A stretch of DNA of 64,000 bases from Bacteroidales bacterium (GTDB lineage: Bacteria; Bacteroidota; Bacteroidia; Bacteroidales; F082), in NCBI GenBank assembly GCA_045606865.1, contig JAZUST010000145.1:9359-73358 (forward strand), in the 5' to 3' direction. Each line of letters begins with the position of its first letter. The stretch's first letter is position 1. Shown here piece by piece: positions 16,507 through 26,298 of the stretch. Made by a program: the position numbers and the translations under genes. Under the pieces are notes generated by a model that made no database searches, was not told where the DNA came from, and saw nothing but the letters and a program-made list of their open reading frames with translations.

Positions 16507-16848
16507 ATGGATAATGCAAATGAAATTGATTATGAATTATTAAAAAATCTAATAGAAAAACTCGTTGAAAAAAAGGTTTATGAAATTTTAAATAATCTCG
16601 GTATTGAATCTGTTTCCTCTGGAAAGGTTGTTGCTCTGGATAAAACAAGAGCTGATGCAGAAGGAAATATTACAGAGGTTATTAGAGCTAGTGTAGAACT
16701 TGCGGATGGTGAAGTCGTTTCAAATATCTTTAATGCAAGTGAAAAAATATTATCTGTAGGAGATAATGTTAAGATATATGGTTCAAGAACCAATATGTCA
16801 AATAGATATATAGGAATAAAATATGAAAGTGAGGTGGTATTGTCATGA
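16507..16848 (+). CDS. hypothetical virion protein
   Basis: 113 aa. The stop (TGA, directly followed by TAA) overlaps the next start (ATGA). Confidence 0.7.
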   Translation: MDNANEIDYELLKNLIEKLVEKKVYEILNNLGIESVSSGKVVALDKTRADAEGNITEVIRASVELADGEVVSNIFNASEKILSVGDNVKIYGSRTNMSNRYIGIKYESEVVLS

Positions 16849-18992
16849 TAAATAAACCGATTAATCCAAGTCCGCATAATTGTTGTGTTGATATAGATGA
16901 AGATGTTCATATTAAATACGAAATTCCAAATGCTAAAATAGATGGATGTGTTACTTCGATAAATGATTTAGATACTGGAAGTTGTGTATTGTCTCAACGT
17001 AATAATTATGACGAAGCAACGAATCAAGTTAATTTAAATTTTGAAAAATCTTTAGAAAATAAAGGAGAGTATAGTTGGGATTCATTTTACTGGCAAACAC
17101 CTGTTAAAACTGCAAATACTCATATTGTTTCAAATATCGATGTATCTGCTAATAAGTTATTTTTAAAACCAAGTGGCAATTATACACATAAAGAAACAAT
17201 AACATATAAAATGGATGGAGATTCAAGATATGATAGTTTCTCGCCAGATTATTATATAGAATATAATGCCGAATCGTATAGAAAAAGTCTTTATGAAGAC
17301 CAACATATATTAGGAGATGATACAAGTGAATACTGTTATAAAGGAAATTTAGAAGATTATTTTGGGTTTACTGCTTTTTGGATAAGTGGTGATATGCTAG
17401 ATACTATTTTAGGAATTGGAGTTGGAAAGTGTATAATTGAAGTATACAATGATGAGGATAAATTAGCAGCTAGAACAAGGGTACTTGCTTATGACATATA
17501 TCGTGGAAATACTGGTACTAATAATGCGTTATGTATTATCGATAATAAAGACTTCGATGAACAGATGGAGAATTCTGGGATTATAGGTATTTCCTCTTAT
17601 TATGACCCCGGCAAAATATATAAAATAAATAGTATAGCTTTTTATAATATTGATGACTTAAACAAACAAGCAAACATTAGTGGCTTAATGGAATATGGAG
17701 ATAATTACTATCTAGTGAAAAATAGCAACTTTATTGAACATAATTATACATTATCAGTCTATCCAAGTATTCCTACTAATATACAAATTGGAGACGAAAT
17801 CAGCGTTTGGAATCACGAAATGGCAGAGTTTAACACAACACCTAGTTATTACTTTCGTTTAAAAACGCCGCCAGACATTACTATAAATGATTATTCTCAA
17901 TTTGAGATAGATGATGATATTAATTATCTTAGGGATATTAACTGTAAATTTGGACTTAATTACAACTCATTAGATATTAAATTAAACTACTACTATCTAT
18001 ATTTATATGTTTTAAACCCTAAATCTCATAAATGGGAAATTAAAGAACGTTCTCCTATGTTATATAACCTAGAAGATACATATGAATTCAAAGGTTTAGC
18101 AAACGGTCAGGAATATAAAGTTTATGCGGTTTGTACTGACAGTGACGGCGATGAATGGACTACTGATGAAATTGAGTTTGTTGTAGACCCACTATTAGTA
18201 ACAATCGATATACCGACTGCTTTCAATAAAAAGAATGCTACTATAGAACTATATGTAAAAGAAATTCTAAACAGATATACAAAATATGTGCATTTAGAAT
18301 TTTATCGTGTTTTTAAAAAAGATATTGATGCTGTAAAAAATTTAGAATATGCAGGCGAGGTAATAGGTAAAATTAGTGAGCTAACCATTTGTAATAAATG
18401 GAATGATTACAATATAAAAAACAACTCATATTACGACTATTATGTTCGTGTTAATTATACAGGCAAACAATCATACGAAGATAAAGGTGTAGACATTTAC
18501 CATGTAAATTCAGACATTTATACTGATTTTGAAGGAACCTCAATTTTATCTTTAGAAAAAACTTCAAATGATAAATTAGCTATAAAATATAGTTTCAACC
18601 TCCTCTACCATTTTGATAGCAATATGAATGAATTAACATATGAAATTAGTCGTGATTATATTAATTCATTTAGTAAATATCCAAAAGAACTAAAAGGACA
18701 TCAGAACTATATTACAAGTTCATGCTCAGGACTACTTGGTAGTGAAAACAATGGCATCTATGAAGAACCAAAAGATATACGAGCTGCATGGAGTAATTTT
18801 GTAAATGATGATAGTATAAAGCTTTATAGAGGTCTTGATGGCGAAACAATGATAATCAGTATAGAGACAAGTAAAATTAAGCCGTATAATTATCCCAGTG
18901 TAGGATTAGTAAACGAAGTGCATTTTACTTTTAAAGAAATTGCCTCGGCTGATACTTATGCTATTTTTACAACAGAAATAGTAGGTGATTAA
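16845..18992 (+). CDS. large tail-tip/distal-tail structural protein (by position)
   Basis: 715 aa. Translationally coupled on both sides, directly downstream of the TMP. No enzymatic motif recognised. Confidence 0.85.
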   Translation: MINKPINPSPHNCCVDIDEDVHIKYEIPNAKIDGCVTSINDLDTGSCVLSQRNNYDEATNQVNLNFEKSLENKGEYSWDSFYWQTPVKTANTHIVSNIDVSANKLFLKPSGNYTHKETITYKMDGDSRYDSFSPDYYIEYNAESYRKSLYEDQHILGDDTSEYCYKGNLEDYFGFTAFWISGDMLDTILGIGVGKCIIEVYNDEDKLAARTRVLAYDIYRGNTGTNNALCIIDNKDFDEQMENSGIIGISSYYDPGKIYKINSIAFYNIDDLNKQANISGLMEYGDNYYLVKNSNFIEHNYTLSVYPSIPTNIQIGDEISVWNHEMAEFNTTPSYYFRLKTPPDITINDYSQFEIDDDINYLRDINCKFGLNYNSLDIKLNYYYLYLYVLNPKSHKWEIKERSPMLYNLEDTYEFKGLANGQEYKVYAVCTDSDGDEWTTDEIEFVVDPLLVTIDIPTAFNKKNATIELYVKEILNRYTKYVHLEFYRVFKKDIDAVKNLEYAGEVIGKISELTICNKWNDYNIKNNSYYDYYVRVNYTGKQSYEDKGVDIYHVNSDIYTDFEGTSILSLEKTSNDKLAIKYSFNLLYHFDSNMNELTYEISRDYINSFSKYPKELKGHQNYITSSCSGLLGSENNGIYEEPKDIRAAWSNFVNDDSIKLYRGLDGETMIISIETSKIKPYNYPSVGLVNEVHFTFKEIASADTYAIFTTEIVGD

Positions 18993-18993
18993 A

Positions 18994-20259
18994 ATGTTAT
19001 ACTTGAATTTTACTGATAAAAACAATAATACTGTTATAGATAAAATTGACCGTGATTTTCTTGTAAAGGATTCAACAGTAAGAAAATTAAGAAATTTAAC
19101 TATTGATGAAATTAAGGAATTAATTAACGATAGCTCCATAAAATATACCTTTTATCTATATGCTCTTTATGATGACGAAACAATAAAGGAAGATTTGAGT
19201 AGTTATGTTTTAAAAGGTGGAAATTTATCTATTAATTATAATTGTGGTATAAGAAGACAACTCTCAATTAGTATTATGAACGAAAAAAATTGGACTCCAC
19301 AACCTTTTAATGGATTTCTTTGGAAAGGTTCAAAATTCAAACTTGAAATTGGTATTACAACAACACTTGCCGAGTATATTTTCCCGGCAGGTGTTTTTAT
19401 TTTAAAAGACTTTGAATTTCCCCACAAATATTCTAAAAACGAAATTAAAATGGAAATGGTAGATAAATTTGGAGGTCTTGATGGCACAGTAGGCGGAAAG
19501 ATTGTTGATAGTATTTATATACCAAGAGGTTCAAATATCGTTCAAGTTGTTAAAAGTCTTTTAAAGTCTGAAAAAATCGAGGGTAATTGTTTCGACAACA
19601 TAACTCCTCTATTTCCATCTTGGGCTTTTAATGAAACAACACCTTATACCATTACAGAGTCTTCAGATTCTACAATTGGAGATTTAATCATTAAACTGCT
19701 TTCAATTATTAATTTGGATGTGTTTTACGATGAATATGGTCGTATGAGTTTTGAAGAAATGCGTGAAAATATGCTTGTAGACTCTTTGCCGTCTTTATGG
19801 ACTTTTGAAGACGATGAAAGTATTTATGATTTTCATACAATTAAAATAGACCTTCAATCAGTAGAAAACATAATAATTGTAGAAGGTGCAAACATAAATG
19901 GAGATATTATTAGTGCAAAAGCAGAAAACTTAAACCCAAAGTCCCCAACAAACATATCTGTGTTTGAACCCAAAAGATGTAAAATAGTTGATGAAAATAT
20001 AATGTCTTTGGGTAACGCATATTTACGTGCTAATTATGAATTATTTAAACGTTCATTGCTTCCAATCTCTGAGAATTTTTCTACAATCTTAATACCAATC
20101 TTAAATGTAAATAATGTCATTACCATTAACGATAAATATTGTGGATTTAAACATGTTAAATTTCTTATTAATTCAATTGATATACCTATAGATAGTATAG
20201 TCAAAACAAATATGACGATAAGTAATTTAGAGGAGGTGGCATTTAGTGTCAAACAATAA
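18994..20259 (+). CDS. tail-tip/baseplate structural protein (by position)
   Basis: ATG 5 nt after AGGTGA (track start at GTG 18985). 421 aa. Overlaps the next gene by 14 nt. Confidence 0.85.
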   Translation: MLYLNFTDKNNNTVIDKIDRDFLVKDSTVRKLRNLTIDEIKELINDSSIKYTFYLYALYDDETIKEDLSSYVLKGGNLSINYNCGIRRQLSISIMNEKNWTPQPFNGFLWKGSKFKLEIGITTTLAEYIFPAGVFILKDFEFPHKYSKNEIKMEMVDKFGGLDGTVGGKIVDSIYIPRGSNIVQVVKSLLKSEKIEGNCFDNITPLFPSWAFNETTPYTITESSDSTIGDLIIKLLSIINLDVFYDEYGRMSFEEMRENMLVDSLPSLWTFEDDESIYDFHTIKIDLQSVENIIIVEGANINGDIISAKAENLNPKSPTNISVFEPKRCKIVDENIMSLGNAYLRANYELFKRSLLPISENFSTILIPILNVNNVITINDKYCGFKHVKFLINSIDIPIDSIVKTNMTISNLEEVAFSVKQ

Positions 20260-21880
20260 TATATATAAAAGCAAATATCATGGTGAAGAAATCGATGCGA
20301 TATTAGAATATACTCAAAATAGACTTACTTCTGTATTAGATGAACAAATTCAAAAACATACAGATGATATATCGACACTCAATAAAAGTTTTAAAGAAGA
20401 AAAAGAAAATACCTCAGCCAGTTTTGAGGAAGTAAATGGTGAAATAAATTCATTAAATGCTGATGTCAAAGGATTGAAAACAAAAACAGATGCATCAAAC
20501 GAAGAAATAGATACATTAAAGGAGCGAGCTGACGGATTTGACGGTGCGATTGCTGACTTAAATAGCAGTGCAGATGATTTAAACAATAGAATAGATACAA
20601 CTGAAGATGAGTTTAATTCCAAAATTGAAAATACGAATAATGAAATAATTTCTTTAAACGAAAAAGTAGATGCAGAAATCAAACGTGTAGATGAAGAACT
20701 TCCAAAGAAAGCAAACGTTACATACGTAGACGAGGAAATTAACAAAAAGAAAATCGAAATAACCAAAACTGCAAATAATACATTTGCAAATGTGTTAAAA
20801 GGTAAAGTAAGCGGTGCGGTAGTTAGCGTGGATGATGTCTCTCCAATAGAGCATAATCTTACGGTTAAAGTAAGGAGCAAAAATTTAATAGCCTATCCCT
20901 ATAAATACAATACCCTTACAACAGGCGGGGTAGCCTATGCAGTAGGCGAAGACGGCGGTGTAACAGCAAATGGTACTGCAAGCGCATCTTTCTATCCGAT
21001 AGAAGGAGGCTGGGGAAACACCGACACGTTTATTCCCGATTGGCTGGAGGTTGGGAAAACTTATACCATAACGGACGCAATATTGTTATTGACAAACATG
21101 CTTGAAGGTAAAACACAGCTTGTTCTAAGCGGAACCTTTGTTATGCCCGAGGGGTATAGAACTTATGGGATTTTCATAAATCCAAAAGATGGCGAAGTCC
21201 TGGAAAACAAGGTGTATTATCCACAGCTTGAAGAGGGTGCTGTGGCGACGGAGTATAAGCCTTATGTTAAACCGCAATGCGCATCGCTTGTAAGGTGTGG
21301 CAAGAATTTAATAGCCTATCCCTATAAGTATAAAAGCCTTACTACAGGCGGTGTAACTTTTACTGTAGATGAAGACGGCAGTATAACAGCCAATGGAATT
21401 GCAAGCGGTGTTTGGTTTGCTCTTCATGGGGGCTGGGATGCAGATACAAGCCTGCCAATCCCAAGCAGTTTTAAGGTTGGTAAGACCTATACAATAACTG
21501 ATGGATTTGCATTGATGTTTTATGATGAAACAAAAACGCTGTTGCAGTTATATGTAAGCAAAACCTTTGTTATGCCTGAGGGATATAGTCATTATGCAGT
21601 GTTTTTTAACCCCAAAGACGATACAGTGTATGAAAACAGAAGACTTTATCCTCAGCTTGAGGAGGGAAGCACAGCTACAAGCTGGGAAAGCCCAAAAGAG
21701 TATAAGACTTATATACCAAATCAAGATGGCTCTGTGGAGGGGATAACAAGTCTTTCGCCTAATATGACGCTAATGACTGATACCGAGGGAGTAACGATTG
21801 AGACTGAGTACAACAAGGACACAAATAAGGTAATTGAAGAATTAACCAATGCAATAATTTCATTAGGAGGGAATATATAA
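20246..21880 (+). CDS. tail fibre / receptor-binding protein: coiled-coil N-terminus plus duplicated C-terminal module
   Basis: GTG after GGAGGTG. The N-terminal ~190 aa is heptad-rich (EEINSLNADVKGLK...). It is followed by two ~141-aa homologous modules. Confidence 0.85.
   Translation: MSNNNIYKSKYHGEEIDAILEYTQNRLTSVLDEQIQKHTDDISTLNKSFKEEKENTSASFEEVNGEINSLNADVKGLKTKTDASNEEIDTLKERADGFDGAIADLNSSADDLNNRIDTTEDEFNSKIENTNNEIISLNEKVDAEIKRVDEELPKKANVTYVDEEINKKKIEITKTANNTFANVLKGKVSGAVVSVDDVSPIEHNLTVKVRSKNLIAYPYKYNTLTTGGVAYAVGEDGGVTANGTASASFYPIEGGWGNTDTFIPDWLEVGKTYTITDAILLLTNMLEGKTQLVLSGTFVMPEGYRTYGIFINPKDGEVLENKVYYPQLEEGAVATEYKPYVKPQCASLVRCGKNLIAYPYKYKSLTTGGVTFTVDEDGSITANGIASGVWFALHGGWDADTSLPIPSSFKVGKTYTITDGFALMFYDETKTLLQLYVSKTFVMPEGYSHYAVFFNPKDDTVYENRRLYPQLEEGSTATSWESPKEYKTYIPNQDGSVEGITSLSPNMTLMTDTEGVTIETEYNKDTNKVIEELTNAIISLGGNI
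20878..21724 (+). repeat. in-frame tandem duplication (423-nt period) of the putative receptor-binding module
   Basis: AATTTAATAGCCTATCCCTATAA is identical at 20882-20904 and 21305-21327. The protein copies share KNLIAYPYKY..LTTGGV......DG..TANG.AS....GGW......P....VGKTYTITD....FVMPEGY..Y..F.NPKD....EN...YPQLEEG..AT. Confidence 0.9.
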
Positions 21881-22095
21881 TGTTTAGCTTAAAAGAATTT
21901 GTAAAGAATGGCTTTTTAAAGGCGGTCGGCAAAATGGCAGACTACCAGATAATTCTAAATGCGGCTTCATGGCTTGAAAAAGGGGTTTTAACAGAAGAGG
22001 ATTTAGCAGATATCCAAACCACAATTGACAGTCAGTATGTAGCTAAAGAAGAAACCGAAAATGCCGAAGTAATTTTAGGAGATATGAATGAGTAA
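21880..22095 (+). CDS. XkdX-family small tail-module protein
   Basis: 71 aa. ...YQIILNAASWLEKGVLTEEDLADIQ... matches the XkdX-type W..kG.iT.E.y motif. Start overlaps the previous stop (TAATG). Confidence 0.7.
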   Translation: MFSLKEFVKNGFLKAVGKMADYQIILNAASWLEKGVLTEEDLADIQTTIDSQYVAKEETENAEVILGDMNE

Positions 22096-22984
22096 TATAT
22101 TTGAAACAAATTTAAGACAGTATGATTACGAAATAGTTTGTGGGGGTATCTCTAATAAAGAGTACCCCTCCTACTTTGATTTACCTAGAAAAGCAAAAAT
22201 AAAAAATCAAAAATTTAACAAAAAAGAAATATTAGCTTGTGGAGCTTGTGCTATCGCAACTGTTGCTGAACATATTTGGGGCAAAGAATTCTCAGAAGGT
22301 TTTGCATATTCTAAATTTAGAAGTGATACACATAATACGCCCGGTCTGTATTTAACAATCGCACTTGATATGTGGCGAAAGATTGGCATTGTTCCATTGT
22401 CCGATTTTGGCTCCCTCGAAGAAATGCCAACGATAAAAGAATTAGTTGAAAAATTTCCTGAACTTTTAGAAAAGGCTAGAGACTATAAGATAGGTGGTTA
22501 TGCGTCTCTAAATTACGCCATGAAAGAAAAGAAAGATTTAGCTATTAAAGATGCTCTTTCAAAACCAGATGGCATAGGATTGATTGCATCCTCTTCTACC
22601 TATTTTGGGGCAGGACATGCCTTTGTTATTACAGGCTGGAACGATGAAAACAATACATATATATACCAAAACTCTTATGGTATAAGTTTTGGAGATAATG
22701 GCAAAGGCGAAATACCAAAATCTAAAGTTGACGCAGTTTTTGCTGTTTTTGCAGAAGAATTTGAGTTACCATTCAAAGACGTTGATAAAGACAGATGGAG
22801 TTATAAAAATATAAGAAATCTGTATCTTTCTGGCGTAATTAATGGGAAAACTTCTGATACACTTGATCCAGCAGGATATATCGCCAGAGAGGAAGTTTTT
22901 GCTATAGCCGACAGAATTCTTGAAAAAGTGGATGAAAAACTTATAAGAATATATGAACAGATTAACGAAAGGATAGTCAAGTAG
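22088..22984 (+). CDS. papain-like cysteine peptidase with C-terminal SLH domain (cell-wall lysin)
   Basis: Cys motif ...ILACGACAIATV..., His motif ...GAGHAFVITGWNDENNTYIYQNSYG.... The C-terminal ...FKDVDKDRWSYKNIRNLYLSGVINGKTSDTLDPAGYIAREEVFAI... is S-layer-homology-like. Confidence 0.8.
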   Translation: MSNIFETNLRQYDYEIVCGGISNKEYPSYFDLPRKAKIKNQKFNKKEILACGACAIATVAEHIWGKEFSEGFAYSKFRSDTHNTPGLYLTIALDMWRKIGIVPLSDFGSLEEMPTIKELVEKFPELLEKARDYKIGGYASLNYAMKEKKDLAIKDALSKPDGIGLIASSSTYFGAGHAFVITGWNDENNTYIYQNSYGISFGDNGKGEIPKSKVDAVFAVFAEEFELPFKDVDKDRWSYKNIRNLYLSGVINGKTSDTLDPAGYIAREEVFAIADRILEKVDEKLIRIYEQINERIVK

Positions 22985-23575
22985 ATGAAAATAATTGAGA
23001 CAAATTTTACATTTAATGAACGACTTTCGACTCGTAATAACACTAAATATATTATACTTCATCATAGGGGAGGCAATGGTAATGTTGTAAGCATACACAA
23101 CCAACATGTACAACAAGGTTATGCTGGTATTGGCTACCATTTTTATATCAGAAAGGATGGCTCTGTTTATCAGGGTCGTCCTATCGATACGATTGGTGCT
23201 CACTGTTTAAATAACAATTCTAACTCAATAGGAGTTTGTTTTGAGGGAAATTTTGAAAGAGAAAATATATCCGATGTCCAACTAAAAGCGGGCATAGAAC
23301 TTGTTAGATATTTAAAAGATAAATACGCCAACGTAAAAGTTGTTGGACATAAAGATTTGTATAATACAATATGTCCCGGTAAAAGCTTTCCTCTAGACAA
23401 GATAATTGAAGGAGCAAATATGAAAGAATTAACATCTGTAAATGATATAGTTTGGGAACTTGAAAATAGAGGCATTATAACTGATAAAGAACTTTGGTTA
23501 AATAAATTAGAGATAGATGAAAATTCTTATTGGTTAGCAAAAAAATGTATAAACTATATTATAAATCAGAAATAA
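22985..23575 (+). CDS. N-acetylmuramoyl-L-alanine amidase endolysin (Amidase_2/PGRP type)
   Basis: ...YIILHHRGGNG...IHNQHVQQGYAGIGYHFYIRKDGSVYQGRP...GAHC...NSIGVCFEGNF...VVGHKDL..TICPGKSFP... Confidence 0.9.
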   Translation: MKIIETNFTFNERLSTRNNTKYIILHHRGGNGNVVSIHNQHVQQGYAGIGYHFYIRKDGSVYQGRPIDTIGAHCLNNNSNSIGVCFEGNFERENISDVQLKAGIELVRYLKDKYANVKVVGHKDLYNTICPGKSFPLDKIIEGANMKELTSVNDIVWELENRGIITDKELWLNKLEIDENSYWLAKKCINYIINQK

Positions 23576-23578
23576 TTT

Positions 23579-23608
23579 TAGGGTAGGAATTTCCTACCCT
23601 ATTTTTTA
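23579..23608 (+). terminator. intrinsic terminator at the end of the late arm
   Basis: TAGGGTAGGAA/TTCCTACCCTA stem followed by TTTTTT. Confidence 0.8.
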
Positions 23609-23681
23609 CGATTTTACACAAAAATCTATAAATTATTCGCAAATTTACAAATTTTTATGCAAACAGAACAGCCGAAAGGCT

Positions 23682-23693
23682 TGAGGATACGCC
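23682..23693. repeat. left copy of a 12-bp inverted repeat flanking the recombinase gene
   Basis: TGAGGATACGCC here is the exact reverse complement of GGCGTATCCTCA at 25358-25369. Confidence 0.7.
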
Positions 23694-23696
23694 GTT

Positions 23697-23734
23697 CGCA
23701 ATCTACTGTTACCCCACCCTAATGCTAGATTGCG
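23697..23734. other. perfect 9-bp inverted repeat with a 20-bp spacer (candidate attP core or recombinase-gene terminator)
   Basis: CGCAATCTA (23697-23705) / TAGATTGCG (23726-23734), 9 nt beyond the recombinase stop. No U-tract on the minus strand. Confidence 0.35.
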
Positions 23735-23742
23735 GAATTATG

Positions 23743-25326
23743 TTAGCTTGTGGGAGTTTTAGGAATGTAAAAATTGAGTTTAATTTTGATGTCATTATTC
23801 TCAAAAATTTCTATCCGGTCTATGAATGTTGCCATAAAACTTCTATCAATATCTTTTTCTTCTATTTGTCCAAATTTTATAAGTTTTTCTATAATTTTCG
23901 GTGTGTTATTTTCGTTAGATGTTTGGGATTTTTTTTCTAAAAAAGCAATTTGGTTATTATAGTTTTCATGTTCTTTATTATACTTGCTTTTCAAAAGAAA
24001 AAATTCATCTTTATTAATCAACCCTTCTTTATAATCGTCATATAAAGATAGCATTTTACTTTCTAATTTTGAGACTAAGACTTTTATTTTATCAACTTCA
24101 TCACTTAAATTAGCCTTTTTATAGGTTTCCGCCTTCGTCTCTTCGTAAATACGTTGCAAGTCTTTAATCTTCTTAATACTTTCATTCATTGTATTTAGCA
24201 AAACCTCCATTAAACGTTTGTGGGAAATGCTATGTCTAGAGCAAATTGTTTTACCATATCTAATATAGGAACCGCAGTTATAATAAAAATCATTACCACA
24301 GTTTCTTTTAGACATTGCTCTACCACAATCGCCACATTTTAAAAATCCTGCAAAAACACTAATATTTTGATTAAAATCAACTTGCATAGTATCTCTTAGT
24401 AATAGATTTTGAACATTAGACCAAAGCTCTTCAGAAATTATTGCTGGGTGTGTATCTTTAACAACTATCCACTTCTCTTCGGGGAGCAAAACAGCTTTGC
24501 CATGCATTCTCCTTTGGGTTTTTGATTGCACCATCGAGCCGACATACATTTCATTTTTTAGTATTCTATGAACAGTTGAGTAAGTCCAATAACTAGTGCT
24601 ATCATTCCGTTTAGCGTTTGTATAACGCATTCCCATTGCTTTTTTATATTCTGACGGACAAAGCACCCCTTCAGAATTTAAGATTTTTGCAATTGCAACT
24701 TTCCCCTGACCTTCAGAATACATTTTGAATATTTTATTAACAACGCTTGCTGCATATTCATCAATAACCAATTTATGTTTATCTGTTGCAGATTTTAAGT
24801 AACCATAACTTGGAAATGCACCAACAAACTCACCGTTCTTTTGCTTTGCTTTAAACGCCGATTGAACTTTTTTACTTATATCTCTCGCATATTGTTCATT
24901 GAATATGTTTTTTACAGGCATAAGCAGGTCATACTCACCTTCAAAACTATCAATATTGTCGTTGACAGCGATAAATCTTACATTCTTTTTAGGGAAATAT
25001 CTTTCAAGATACTTTCCGGTATCAATATAATCTCTACCAAATCTTGAAAGGTCTTTTACTATTACACAACCTATATTACCCATTTCGATATCATCAATCA
25101 TTCTTTTAAAACTTGGTCTATTAAAATTTGTTCCCGTAAACCCATCATCTATGTATTCTTCATACACATCTAAATTATTATTAAAACAAAATTGGCTGAT
25201 AATTTTTCTTTGCGATTCAATACTATCGCTTTCTTTTTTGTCTCCATCCTCTCTTGACAATCTCAAATAAGCAGCCACCTTATATGAATTATCAGAATAT
25301 CTTCTTTTCCTATTTCTATTCGCCAT
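23743..25326 (-). CDS. large serine recombinase (integrase)
   Basis: N-terminal resolvase domain ...AAYLRLSREDGDKKESDSIESQR... (catalytic Ser), ...VIVKDLSRFGRD.... Then a recombinase domain, a Cys-rich zinc-ribbon (CGDCGRAMS...CSRH) and a coiled coil. 527 aa. Confidence 0.95.
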   Translation of the reverse strand: MANRNRKRRYSDNSYKVAAYLRLSREDGDKKESDSIESQRKIISQFCFNNNLDVYEEYIDDGFTGTNFNRPSFKRMIDDIEMGNIGCVIVKDLSRFGRDYIDTGKYLERYFPKKNVRFIAVNDNIDSFEGEYDLLMPVKNIFNEQYARDISKKVQSAFKAKQKNGEFVGAFPSYGYLKSATDKHKLVIDEYAASVVNKIFKMYSEGQGKVAIAKILNSEGVLCPSEYKKAMGMRYTNAKRNDSTSYWTYSTVHRILKNEMYVGSMVQSKTQRRMHGKAVLLPEEKWIVVKDTHPAIISEELWSNVQNLLLRDTMQVDFNQNISVFAGFLKCGDCGRAMSKRNCGNDFYYNCGSYIRYGKTICSRHSISHKRLMEVLLNTMNESIKKIKDLQRIYEETKAETYKKANLSDEVDKIKVLVSKLESKMLSLYDDYKEGLINKDEFFLLKSKYNKEHENYNNQIAFLEKKSQTSNENNTPKIIEKLIKFGQIEEKDIDRSFMATFIDRIEIFENNDIKIKLNFYIPKTPTS

Positions 25327-25357
25327 AATTATCGTACCTTTCTACGTAAAAATATAT

Positions 25358-25369
25358 GGCGTATCCTCA
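25358..25369. repeat. right copy of the 12-bp inverted repeat flanking the recombinase gene
   Basis: GGCGTATCCTCA, 32 nt upstream of the recombinase start codon. Confidence 0.7.
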
Positions 25370-25592
25370 TATAATAAGAATACACCATTTTTTATCATTT
25401 ATCAACTCTTTTCTAATAAAATTCTAAAGTAATCTCTAAAACAGTCTTCTATTGATTTTTCTCCAAACTCAACTATAATTTTACTTTCTTTTGTATCAGT
25501 ATTAGAGCAATTATTTTTTATGTATACTCCTCCTCTATTCTTTATCTTAAACTAGTTAATACATTATATATGTTATTGTTTATATTTATTAC

Positions 25593-26018
25593 TTATTTCC
25601 TAGTGCTCCCAAATCCACCTCTGTCTACCTCATCTAAAGTATCAACTTCTTCTAGTTCTATCGTAGGCATTATTGGAACAATTTCAAACTGACAAATTCT
25701 ATCGCCTTTATTTATAATAGTGTCTCTCGTAGCATATACAGGATATTTCCAAATATCGTTTGTTCCAGAATACGAATTATCCAGTTGACCTACGCTATTA
25801 GTTTGAAGAATTCCCCAATTTTTAAAGGTACTGCTTCGAGGGTATACATTTGCCTTATATCCTTTAGGCAGTTTCATTGAAACACCAAGCGAAATAAGTT
25901 TAAAATCATCTTTCTTTAATTCAACAGTCTCGGCTGCATATAAATCTATAAGGTCACCTTTATCAATCTTTTTTAATTTAGGTATTTCTTCATCATGATA
26001 TTTTATTAATATTTTCAT
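25593..26018 (-). CDS. dut: dUTP diphosphatase
   Basis: ...DLIDLYAAE..., ...YPRSS..., ...[17 protein letters not shown]..., ...[11 protein letters not shown]..., C-terminal ...RGGFGST match the trimeric dUTPase motifs. Confidence 0.9.
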   Translation of the reverse strand: MKILIKYHDEEIPKLKKIDKGDLIDLYAAETVELKKDDFKLISLGVSMKLPKGYKANVYPRSSTFKNWGILQTNSVGQLDNSYSGTNDIWKYPVYATRDTIINKGDRICQFEIVPIMPTIELEEVDTLDEVDRGGFGSTRK

Positions 26019-26025
26019 AGTTTGT

Positions 26026-26202
26026 TTACCTTTCGTTAGTCATCATTTCTTCGAGTTTCTTTTTAGCTATAGACTTGTTATCTATCTTAAATTTGTATCC
26101 TGCTTTTGTCATCGAATTAATCTCTGTTTTTGTTGGCAAGCAGGATGTTTCAGTTGTATTAAACACAACTTTCCCTTTATCATTTATTACTTCAAATTTC
26201 AT
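26026..26202 (-). CDS. hypothetical small protein (58 aa, below the track threshold)
   Basis: ATG 26202 preceded by [43 protein letters not shown].... TAA at 26026-26028, 8 nt before the dut start. Confidence 0.55.
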   Translation of the reverse strand: MKFEVINDKGKVVFNTTETSCLPTKTEINSMTKAGYKFKIDNKSIAKKKLEEMMTNER

Positions 26203-26298
26203 TAGTTTTGAACCTTAAAATATCGATTTTATTGCTTAATTTTGAGTGGAGTGGCATGAAAACCACTCACACTCTTAGTTTTAAAAACTTATAACTTA

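Noticed and set aside
25390-25540. A small ~40-codon minus-strand ORF (IKNNCSNTDTKESKIIVEFGEKSIEDCFRDYFRILLEKS, ending TGA TAA) behind a strong GAGGAGGAG SD, considered as a possible excisionase/RDF.
   Set aside because: No ATG, GTG or TTG lies at a usable distance from the SD; the only in-frame candidate is ATA. Left unannotated. It may be worth rechecking if read errors are suspected.
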